From the NCBI GenBank assembly GCA_964187785.1, contig OZ076409.1, forward strand, positions 2,542,001 through 2,604,000: a stretch of 62,000 bases of DNA, read 5' to 3'. Position 1 is the first letter of the stretch. Every line of letters starts with the position of its first letter. Under the pieces are notes generated by a model. The model ran no database searches and was not told the origin of the DNA. It worked only from the letters and a program-made list of their open reading frames with translations. The translations under genes and the position numbers were made by a program. The stretch comes from Amphiscolops sp. MND2022. Taxonomy: Eukaryota. Positions 24,486 to 35,120 of the stretch are shown piece by piece.

Positions 24486-25655
24486 TTAAGATCGGTGCAT
24501 TTTTTCAATTGTGTAGTTGAATTCGTCCAAAGATGTGCGAATACACAAAGCTGATTGGCTAATTCTTGTCGTATCAAATACGATATTTTGTAATATGCTT
24601 CGAGCTTGTTCAAGAGTATTTACGATTTCGGCAATTGTTATAAGAATATCTCGGTTCGGATGATGATAAGGTTTTATGATGTTCGTCAGAAGTGAAAGTA
24701 GATGAGAAATAATGAAAATTAGTTCATTATTTGAATATCCTTTTTTGGTCAATGCGTAAAAATAAGATTTTTCACAGTCTCTCAAAGGCTGAGAGGCTAT
24801 GTGTTGAAGTGGAGGAAGAGGTTCAGATATATTTTGAGGTATATCTTCCTGTAGTAGCGAATCGTCGTTCAGAATGAGGTATTCTTGTGGTACAATGATT
24901 GGTCTTTTTGGGTTATCATTTGGAAGAAAAAGAAAACTTTGTTTAGGCGGATCATAATTTCTACGTTTTCCTTTTGTTTTGGTATGATCTATCAAATATT
25001 CAGAGTTGAAAGTGAATGGCGACGTATATTTGGAGTTGAAGAATATATAATTATCAGGCTCTTTGTATTGGAGAAATTTCTGATAAGTCATGTGATGAGC
25101 TTTTTTGATTTGATATGGCAAAAAATTTGCATCATTTTCTTCGGTTCGAAGATCATATGGAGATGGTCTGAGGAAGTTGTATTGGAGTGAGAAAATTTTC
25201 ACTTTATTGTTTAACCACAAATCATATGGGGTGATCAACTTTGAAGCGATTGAAGTATGATAATCATTTTTAAATTCTCTGATGATGAATTTGTATTTTG
25301 TTGGAATCATATATAACGAGGTTAACTGAGATTGAAAGGTAAATTGTTTTGATGATAGGATAGGAACTAATTCACAATCTCTATCTTCATTTTGTTTAAC
25401 TGGTTTTTTGAAAGGAGGGCAAGCGCCAGATTCCATAAAAGGTTTTTCTGCAGTTATATCTGGATACTTTCTTTTTTGAGATCTTGCGTTAACATGATCT
25501 CCTTGTTCAATAGGAATAGTTTCCATGGGGTCTTGAGAGTTTGAAGATGAATGATTATCTTCGTTAACATTTTGTTGAAAAGTTATGTTCAAAGGGGATG
25601 CAAGCAATTCAGAGGAATTAGAATTAACTACATCAATTCCGGGCAAAGATTCCAT
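24486..25655 (-). CDS. Accessory ORF of element B, 389 aa, unknown function
   Basis: Intact ATG-initiated ORF in AT-rich DNA, sense to pol and env; NLS-like QKRKYP and PPFKKP. Confidence 0.75.
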   Translation of the reverse strand: MESLPGIDVVNSNSSELLASPLNITFQQNVNEDNHSSSNSQDPMETIPIEQGDHVNARSQKRKYPDITAEKPFMESGACPPFKKPVKQNEDRDCELVPILSSKQFTFQSQLTSLYMIPTKYKFIIREFKNDYHTSIASKLITPYDLWLNNKVKIFSLQYNFLRPSPYDLRTEENDANFLPYQIKKAHHMTYQKFLQYKEPDNYIFFNSKYTSPFTFNSEYLIDHTKTKGKRRNYDPPKQSFLFLPNDNPKRPIIVPQEYLILNDDSLLQEDIPQNISEPLPPLQHIASQPLRDCEKSYFYALTKKGYSNNELIFIISHLLSLLTNIIKPYHHPNRDILITIAEIVNTLEQARSILQNIVFDTTRISQSALCIRTSLDEFNYTIEKMHRS

Positions 25656-26089
25656 TATTTAGACTTGCGTGTTTTCGTAGAGCTAAAATAATGATTATAA
25701 CGTTTAATTATACTGTTTTTGATTATGAAGAAAAATTTTGTTGTCTTTTCTGTCCATTAAATTGTTTGTTAAAATGAAGTTTAAATTGTACTTACAATAT
25801 GAGAGTAACTGAGTCAATTGTGGGTTGAAAACATCAACAATCACAGTGGCATCTATTCCAAGAACAGAAACTTCTGTAATTTCGGTCTTTTAGATGGACT
25901 GAAGATCCAATTGAAGTCTTCTGGTTGAGAGTTTAGTTGTGATGGGCAAGTGAATTTTCAGTTGAGTTGAAAGGAGAGACTGGTTCAAGTGAGAATTTGG
26001 GTTTGAATGAAAGTTTAACTGAGGAGAATTTTGTTGATAATTTTTTGAACTTTTCTGAGGTTAATTTGTTTATGGTTATTGCTTTTTAG

Positions 26090-28640
26090 CTAGGAGGGAT
26101 TAAATTTCATAAAGACTTTAGCAGGACTTTCCGGTACAGCTATTACATTTGGTGATATTGGGTCATAGTCCTGAGAATTAATATCGTTGACATTAGTTGG
26201 GTGTGTCTTTTGCGGTGATTGAAATGTTGAATTCTTACTGGAGTATTTAGGAGGTAAATACAGGGAGTCATTATCAGAGTATCTTCTCAGTTTATTGTGT
26301 AATTCTTTTTCCGGCAATAGGATATTATCATTTTCACTTGTTGTGATTTTGTGTTTAGTATATATCCGTTTTCGTTTTCCTGTATTGTTCAAATCGGTTA
26401 TCATTTCCGATGTAACTAAAGTAAAAAATCCATCGGCTATTGAAATGTTGCTTTGGAGATTATAGTTTATGCTAATTGTTCTGCAGAATTTGAGTAAAAA
26501 TGTTAAAACTTCTCTAATGAGAAGAAATGTTGAAAAATAAATTCCACATTGTGTTAAAACATAACATGGATATCCAAAGAAAGTAATGAATGCTTGACTG
26601 AACCAGTCAGGGTTGAAAAGTGGTAAGAGGTTTAACAAGTGGTCATGTACTCCATTCCTTAAATGACTATAAGGATTATGTCCTGAGTAGGAATGTTTAT
26701 CAATATGAACTGTGAAGAAATCATAGCCTAATGATTCTCCAAGTAATTGAAGAGTTGTGTCTGAATGTTTAGCAAATAATACTCTGTTCCAGAATTGATC
26801 TAATTTTGCATTTGAGTATATACCGGCATCTTGGGCAGTAAATGTATTAGGAGTGATTGTTGTTTTAATTTGGGTAAGTTTAAACATTTGTGGTGCTTCT
26901 CGTTTGAGTGGTTCTGGTGTTAACACATAAAAATCTCCGTCGTTTGAATCTGGGTCTAATTCGATTATATTTTGTTGGTTATTTCCACATTCAATTGGTG
27001 TTGCATAATTAAAAGTTTGTCTTGTTATAGGATCAACATACACTATAGTTTCTCTGTAGTGTATGGGAATTCTATCAAAGCATTTATCTGCCTTGTACAG
27101 TGGTGATATAAAATGAGGGTAATCATACAGATATGCTGTAGATCCTTCAACGTAGAGAAAGTTACTACGATTTCCAGTTAAAAGAAAACCGGCTAATTGA
27201 GGATTTTTAACTGACATAGCTAAGATTGTTAACAATTGAGTTCTTTCCAGTTCACATATTGTATGAAGGGTGTTTAGTTCTTGTACTGTCATGGATTTAA
27301 ATACATGATTTATGGTAAAATCAATTTTTCTATTTATGTGGGCATCATAATCTAAAGTGGCGAAATTGTCTGATATTTTCAATGCAGGGAATATATACCT
27401 TTTATTTGAGTCGTCATATTTTATGTTTCCACTAATTGTTTGATCAATTATTGAGTGTGGTTTTGGTAGTCCTGTGTTCATATCAAAACCATCTAAGTAT
27501 GTAACAAAGATGTCTTCATATTTTGTTGAAAATAATGGTTCAGGTTTTCCACAAAAGGTTTGTGCAATTGGGTATATTTCAAATCGAGAAAGGCTTGGAT
27601 TGCTTACTTTTGATTGTGGTGTTTTTACATTAGGATATCTTGTTCCCTGTATTCCTTCGGTTTGGAGTTTTTGTGTGATGTTTGAAGTTTCAATGAAGGT
27701 ATCGGTTTCTATCCAATATCTATTTTTAATTCGTGTCATTCTACCAATGAATTCTTGAAGTTGAGATATGAGGCAAAATTTTTCATCAAACCATGTTAAT
27801 GTATATGGAGTTTTTGTCGTTGGTTTACAAAATCCTTCTGAATGATAGCATTGTAATATGTGTCCATCATGTATTAATTGATTGTTTTTATCATCATAAT
27901 CTATTGCGGTGTTAACAATTCTGGGTAATTAAATGTTCTCTGTCGGCTCGACATCGGGAGTATGTATTTTGTGGAATATTAACTATCCAGTTGGGATAAT
28001 TTTCATCGAACACGAAGGTTCCAATATGCCATGTGTTCAACTTTTTTACTCTAAATGGTGTTTGAACTCAATCGATTGTGTTTTGATAGTTACTATCGTC
28101 GAACAGTGAGAAAGAGCTGTGTGTATTGTAATTGTTTAGTTCTTCGCTAGCAGTCGCGTTTGAATAACTTATCATGTTTTTGCATTCAATAGGGTCTAAT
28201 ATTTTTGGAAGTTCTAATGTGTTTTGTCCCCATTATAAACGATCATATCGTCTACTAGATGTGAATGTTTGTGAACACCAGACCTTTTCAGTCTTTATAT
28301 ATGCTTCGCATTTAAAGGCTTTTATTCTTTTGGCTTTTGCTCTAACATAAACTGTTGCTTGGGTTTTTGTGTGTTGTATATCTGAGGGTGCTTGTTTACA
28401 TGGTTCAACATTTAATAAACTGAATTGTCTTAAGTTGTTTTGTTTTGCACAATCATAATGGGATACCAATAAGTTTAAAATGTTGGGGTCTTGGTCTGAA
28501 ATATGATTTTCGGAATTGGTTGTGTCAACTTTAGGAACAGTTGAAGGATGAACTAAAGAATGAACTATGTGTATTATATACATGTATTTAACAACATGTA
28601 TTATGTATACTAGGTATAAGTTAAAGGTTGTTTGGTTCAT
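26090..28640 (-). pseudogene. env: Envelope glycoprotein, chuvirus-G / herpesvirus-gB-like (class III fusion type), with a stop and frameshifts at ~27740-28233
   Basis: Hydrophobic N-terminus; LVSHYDC..FSLLNVEPC; ICELERTQLLTILAM..AGFLL..GSTAYLY..KCFDRIPI..YVDPITR..PIEC; TM-like FITFFGYPCYVLTQCGIYFSTFLLI; cytoplasmic tail. Confidence 0.85.
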
Positions 28641-28857
28641 GGTTAAAAGATTGGTTAAAATATACTTCTATAATTAAGTCCGGAGTAGGGATTAAAGAAG
28701 TTTATATGTCCTGTTCTAATCTCAGGTAATTCTGCGTCACAAAGATAAGAAAAGGAGGTGACTATGAATGGTGATGGGGTTGTTTTGTGTGCTACTCTTG
28801 TTGAAAGAGAGAAAGGATGAGGTCCTAACGAATTGAATGTGACTTCTACTTCAAATT

Positions 28858-30123
28858 TTAATGTGAGTTGTTGTTCTTGTAGTCTTCGTAATTCTCTTTG
28901 TTTTCTTGGGTTGAGAGTGAGCTATTGTTTATAAATCTTGCAGGTAATACTGTGTATCGAGGATCTTCGTTAAGCGTACGAACAATTTTTGAATTAACAC
29001 GGATGGGATATTCGTGAGGGTTTGGTGTTGGAGGTCTTGAGAAATCTTCTAAAAAATATTCAGGTAGTTGTATAGAAGAGTTTGATGCTATTGAACTTGG
29101 TGAGTAAACTCGTGAAAAATTAGCTGCGCTATCTGATATAGTTATTGGGTCTTCAGAAAGAAGAGAAGCTGTTTCAAATCCTGATGTGATTTGAAATGGT
29201 AGTGATAAAGAAGATGGTATAGTGGGTTGAGATGAGGAAAGAGAAGAAGTGTCTAATCTGGGTTGGGCGTGCTGTCTAAGTAGTCTTGAGTTTGTACTTG
29301 AACTAGTTAAAGATTGTAATTCCTGAGAAATTCTTTGTTGTTGAGATCTAAGGTTATAGTTATGTCTTGGTACTCTAGTACTAGCAGTTGAGTCAGAATC
29401 TTTATCTTTATTATATAGATCTGTTAGAGAAGAGGTAGTGATTGAATGTACACGTTCTAATTCAAGTTTGGGATATATTTGAGAAAATGTGAATGAACTT
29501 AGTTCAGATGGTGAAGGAATTGGGTGTTGTTGTGATTTTTTCACTGATGCATTCGATGAAGGTTCTGGTAAGAATGTTATTGGAGTATGACTTGTTGTTG
29601 GTAAATTAATGTCTTGTGGTAATGTGGGTAAAGGAGTTTTTCTTTTTGTTTTCGTTGCGGTTGGTACTTTATGTGGACAAGAATTTATGTATTGTAGAAC
29701 TGAGCTGGGATCAGGGATATGAACGGGACGAGTGGTAGTTATTGGTGGAAGAGGAGGTCTATTTAAAATATTTGAAGTATTTTGTGTATTTGGTGTTGTG
29801 AATGTTTCATCATTAGAGTCAGAAACTGGTGAACTTGTTTCTGAAAATGTTAGATTTTGTGAAATAGGTTGTGATTGAGTTGTTATTATTAGTGTTTGAG
29901 TTTGGGTTATAGGTGTATTGGTGGGTGTTGTTGGTACTCTATCAGGAGTATATGGAGCGGATGGACTGGGGTTTGAGGATGAGGAATCCAGTATGTCTGT
30001 ATCTGAGTTTAAATATGCTGTATATTCAGGTAATCTTTGGAGTGAATGTGTTGAACTAGAAGATGAATTATTTGTGGTTGATGATGGTGAGTGAATATGT
30101 CTATCAATTTTGAAGTCTTTGTG
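28858..30123 (-). CDS. Ser/Thr/Pro-rich ORF between integrase and env (~420 open codons, no ATG)
   Basis: The ORF-track entry 28858-29544 stays open by manual translation to 30123; contains PSAPY, RPPLPP and RHNYNLRS. Confidence 0.6.
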   Translation of the reverse strand, partial: HKDFKIDRHIHSPSSTTNNSSSSSTHSLQRLPEYTAYLNSDTDILDSSSSNPSPSAPYTPDRVPTTPTNTPITQTQTLIITTQSQPISQNLTFSETSSPVSDSNDETFTTPNTQNTSNILNRPPLPPITTTRPVHIPDPSSVLQYINSCPHKVPTATKTKRKTPLPTLPQDINLPTTSHTPITFLPEPSSNASVKKSQQHPIPSPSELSSFTFSQIYPKLELERVHSITTSSLTDLYNKDKDSDSTASTRVPRHNYNLRSQQQRISQELQSLTSSSTNSRLLRQHAQPRLDTSSLSSSQPTIPSSLSLPFQITSGFETASLLSEDPITISDSAANFSRVYSPSSIASNSSIQLPEYFLEDFSRPPTPNPHEYPIRVNSKIVRTLNEDPRYTVLPARFINNSSLSTQENKENYEDYKNNNSH

Positions 30124-30271
30124 TTATGATAGTTTGTTTCAGTTTGTAAATTAGTTATTTTTATATCAATTAGGATTTCTTTCTTTTATTATCACTTGTG
30201 AAATATTTTTCATTCAATTTCACATTAAGCTTCAAACTTTCTTTCTTTCTTTCAAAGTTTCTTTCTGTATT

Positions 30272-33200
30272 TCAGCAGGATTTTTGAGAAAGTGAAATTA
30301 TATCTTTTTCACCAAGGAAAAGTCGATAGTCTTTTCTTGGTTGTGGGCGGAAATTGTATCTATTATAGGAGTGTCTTCGGGGGTTAATAAAATTATCATA
30401 GTCATGACTGTCTGATTGGTTATCTGAGTTGGTATTTTGAGAATCTTGTTCTTTTTGTTGGTACGGAAATGAAGAATATTGGCTAAATGATTCTGGTTGG
30501 AAGTCGATTGTGGATGGTATATCCGTTTCTTTATTAAATTTTGTGAAAGAAAATTGATCTTCTTCACTGAATTGGTTTTCATCGGAGTCAATTATCTGAT
30601 CTTTTATACTCGAATAATTATCATTAAATAAGTGAGAATTAAACTGTTGTAGGAAAGTAAAAATATTCGGTTCTTTCGGATAGTAAAGAATTAAATGATT
30701 TCTGTGTATATGAGATGTGTAACCATCTTGATTAACAATTTCATATGTTATATCGGAAATTTTGTTAATAATTTTGAATGGTCCAATTCTGAGAGGTTTT
30801 AATTTGTCTGAAAAATGAACATGGAGAAAATTTCTTTTTAGTACAAATGTGCCAATATCTAAGGGTCTCGGATTGTGGTATGTTTTGTTAAAATAAGCGT
30901 AAGAATTAATTTTTCTTTTTGTGTTCTCATATACTGTGTGGTATATTTGTATCATAGCAGTTTCAGTGGCTAAGATCCATTGTGGGATCGGTTTAGATAA
31001 TATTTTATGGAAGAAGGGGTTTAGATTTGATTTGTCATAGTGTGTATGAAGTGGTAATTCTTGACAATATTGGGAAGTACAATTTCTATAGGTATCTCTT
31101 TGGAGATTGAGTTCAAAAATGATTGGAATTCTGGGTATAGTATGAAATACTATTTCATATGGAGATAAGTTCATTTCAGAAAGTGGTTGTGAATTGTGTG
31201 CATAAGCATACATATGAACTTGAGTAGACCAGTTTTCTGGAGTGTTATGTAAGAAAAGTCTGAGATGAGTTCCAAGATTTCTGTTTTGATTTTCAACTAA
31301 ACCATTAGAACATGGTGCATAAGGAGTTCTTGGTGAATGTTTAATTCCCATTGTGGTACAAAGGTTTGCGAATTCGGAATTAATGTATTCTGTTCCACGG
31401 TCGGTAACTAGGTATACAGGAGGTCCAAATTTTGTTATCCAATGATGTAGTAAGGAGTTAACAGCGTTTTGAGCATTATTTTGTTGTATAGGTACTGTTA
31501 CTACAAAATGACTAAAAGCGTCTACTATAACATGAATGTATGAGTTTTGATTTGATGGTGGGTTTATAGGTCCTTTTGTATCCATTGATATTCGGTAATT
31601 TAAAAATGAAGCCTTTTTTGAGAATGTTTGTATAGATGCAGTTTGTATTTTTTGGTTAATATGTGTTTTTTGTTGACATTCAGTACAATCATGGATGAAT
31701 ATTGACATCCATTAATTCAAATATGGTATGAAGTAAAATTGGTTGAAAACTTTGATGGATATTTTTATTCCTGAGTGTCCGTGAGCATGAAGTTTGTTAA
31801 AAGCTGCATGGAAAAGTTTAAATGGTAATCATATTTTGTCTCTTTGATTCGGATTAGAATCGTGAAGATTAGGATAATCTATGTGGATAATTTTTGTATC
31901 ATGATTAATATACAATTGATTGAAAATTTTGTAATTTACTAATAAGAAAGAATTAGCTGCAATTGTTGGGTCTATTTGTAAGGGTTTTTCATTATTACGT
32001 ATCCATTGATAAAATTTTTGTAAGACAGTGTCTTGTTCTTGTTGAGTTTTTATTGTTTCAATTGTTATTTGTGTATCTTCTGGTAGGAAGAAATAATTAA
32101 AATATCTTTTGTATTTGAAAAAGGATGGATCAAAAAATGGAATTTGTTGATTACAATAATCGGATTTGGTAGGATATTGTATAGCAAGTGTGTTTTCTTT
32201 GAATATGTCTGAGTTTTGATGTTGGATATTATTTGATGGAGTTTGTTCATCATCATCACTGAGAATATCAGTACTATTAAGATTTGTCGATTGTTGTAAG
32301 AGAGATTTTGTTTGATGTTTTGTGGGTTTTTTATATTTTGATTCAAATGGAACAGTAGATTGAAAAGAGAAGGAATCTAAAGGTTTTATGTGGATATCTT
32401 CTCCTTTGTTATTTATACGGATAGAGAATTGGTCATCTCCGTAGTCAGCAAGGATAGGATGACAATCATTCTTTTGATTATATTTGATTTCCTCATGTTT
32501 TACTAGGTAGTGTACTGGTTTGAGTTGATTATCTTTCATGATAGAGAAATCTGTTTGAGGTGGCAATTGTTTGTGTCGTAATTGATGTACTTGTAATTGT
32601 TCTTTTGTAAAAGTTCGTGAAAGCATATCTGCTACAGTTAGGTTTTTTCCAGGGGTATGAATGATTTTCAGTTTGGAGAATTTGGTTAATTGCATTTGTG
32701 CTCTATAAAATCTAGGACTAAGATTTCCTTTCTTTGCAAAACAATGTAGTAGAGGTTTGTGATCTGTGAAGATGTATATGGGATGAGGAGATCCAATGAT
32801 CAAAAATTCATATATTTGTAATCGGTAAACTATTGCAAGAAGTTCTCTGTCTAACATTGAAAGTTTTTGTTTATGTGTAATAAGAATTCTAGAGGTATAA
32901 GAGATTACTTTCATTAAATTTTCTTCGTTCGTTTGGAATAATACTGCGCCTAGACCAACTAACGAAGCGTCTACTGCTATGAAGAATGGATGCGTTGTAT
33001 TGGGTATGGTTATTTCCGTGTCTGCTGTCATTGCATTTTTTACATTTTGGAATATTTTTTCTAATTCAGGTGTCCATTGGAATTTGACATCATCATGTAG
33101 TAATGTATACAGTGGTTTAAGATTTATATGGAGTTTTTCAATGAATTTTGAATAGAAGTTAACACTGCCAAGAAATTGCATAACATCTTTCTTTTCTTTT

Positions 33201-35120
33201 GGTGATGAAATTCTTTTAATGGCGTCAATTTTGGATGGGATTGGTTTGATTGTGTTATTACCAATTTCATGTCCAAGGAATTTTACTTTGAGTAACATGT
33301 AGAATATTTTTTTTCCGGTGCAAGTTTGTGATTTTCTCGAGATGCTATTTTATGTAATTCTTTTATAAGTTCAAACATTTCTTGTTTTTCATTAGCTAGT
33401 AGTAAAATATCATCTATATAAACTAACGCAGAACGTTTGTCTATAAGTGATCTAAAGAAAGTTGACATTTGTTTTGTGAAAAAGTTTGGAAGTCCCTTTA
33501 ATCCGTAAAATCCACGGATAAAGGCGTATAGTTTGTCACCGGATGAAAATCCTGTAAGTTTGATTGTTTCTTCGTCTAACGGTGTATGGGCATAGGCATA
33601 CAATAAATCAATAGTTGATTTATATTTTTTATTGGCTCTAGCTAATTGAGGAGCTAAAGGTTCAATGGGCCAAGATTCAATATCTTGGTTGGTGTTTGAG
33701 TTTAGATGTCTTGCGTCTAAAACAACTTTTATTGCGTCTCCTTTTGGGATAATAATTAAAGGGTTTAAAAATGTTGTTCCAATTGTGTGTTTTTCATCTG
33801 ATGTGGAACCAATTTAATTTAATATATTGTATTTTTCGAGTTCTAGTAAAAGTTTATTTAGTCTATCTCTATAGTGAATTGGTACTTTAGAAGGTCTTTG
33901 TGTTTGAAGTTTACAGTTAACTTTTATTCTAATTCGAAACGGAGTAGAAATTTTTCCTACGTCGTTTTTATGTTTGGCGTAGCAATTTTGGTTATCAATC
34001 TGAGGTTTACATATTCTGTATTGGTTAAATCTGAATATTCAAAGTTAAACTTTTTTATAAATTGTTGGTTTTCTGTAGAATATGGTAATGGACGAAAATC
34101 TTTTCGAATTTTATCAGAAGGTCGAAGATTTCCAGTAATAGAAGGTATAGGAAGTTGAAGTGTTTTGACATTGATTTCTATTTTGTTAATTTCTAATAGA
34201 GATTGTGGTACTACCCTAGAACATAAGGTCATATCTGCATATGGATTATGTTTAATTGGAGTTGTGGTATCAGGATGATACGCAAGTATTACAGAGTGAA
34301 TATGTGAGTTTACATCATTAACTCTATAGTGAGGAGGAGTTGTTTGAGTAATAGGGATTTCTATGTATCCAATGATTCCTCGTGGTTATGTGGCTGGGTA
34401 AGATGTAGAGTTTTGAATTATAGTTGCACAAGAGTCTTTGCTTTTTTCATTGACTATCATATCCAAGAAATGAAAAATATCTTTAAATTTTTGTAAGAAG
34501 TATGTATATGGGTTTGTTGGATGAAATTTTGTATTTTTTTCAATTTCAAAATGTAGATTTGAATAGTTTTTAATTGGGAAGTGTATGGTTTTTCCTGATC
34601 TTGGTTTAAAGTGAATTGATTCTTCACATTTATTAGTATAAATGTAAGAGATATATGGGTAATCTTTTTCTGTAAATGTGGAAAATGTTGTTTTTGTTGA
34701 AAGCTTTGGATGTTGTTCTATGTAAGTCATAATATTTTGTTGAAAATCTATATTTTGGATGTGTTTATTGAAAAAGGGTGTCCCAAGAATGTTGTATTTG
34801 ATATTAGTTACGGCGAAATCGATATTGAAGGATCGCGTTTGATGATTTACTTCAGTATAACAGGTCATCGAAATATAGTGTATTATAGGTACTTCAGTTT
34901 GATTTGCAACTGTAAGAGTTTTGGCTCTTTTGTTTTCAAGATTGGTTGGAACATTGATGTTTAATTGTTTGGAAATTACATGAAATGTTGGTAATTTCAA
35001 AACAGATATTGATGCTCCAGTATCTAAGAGGAATAAGATTTCTAATTTTGAAGGTAACATGTTATCATTTGTTTCAGAAGCGTGAACATATAGTGGATAA
35101 AACCAACTATAAGGGGTAAT
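30272..35120 (-). pseudogene. pol: pol of element B: protease, reverse transcriptase, RNase H, integrase (several frameshifts/stops)
   Basis: FLLDTGAS; YIDDILL; FIAVDAS..IFTDHKPL..ADMLSR; HAHGH..CTEC; ISMDTKGP..VTDRGTEY..NGLVE; IGPFKI. Confidence 0.95.

Noticed and set aside
34230..34700. dUTPase between protease and RT of element B
   Set aside because: No recognisable dUTPase motifs; treated as the PR-RT spacer
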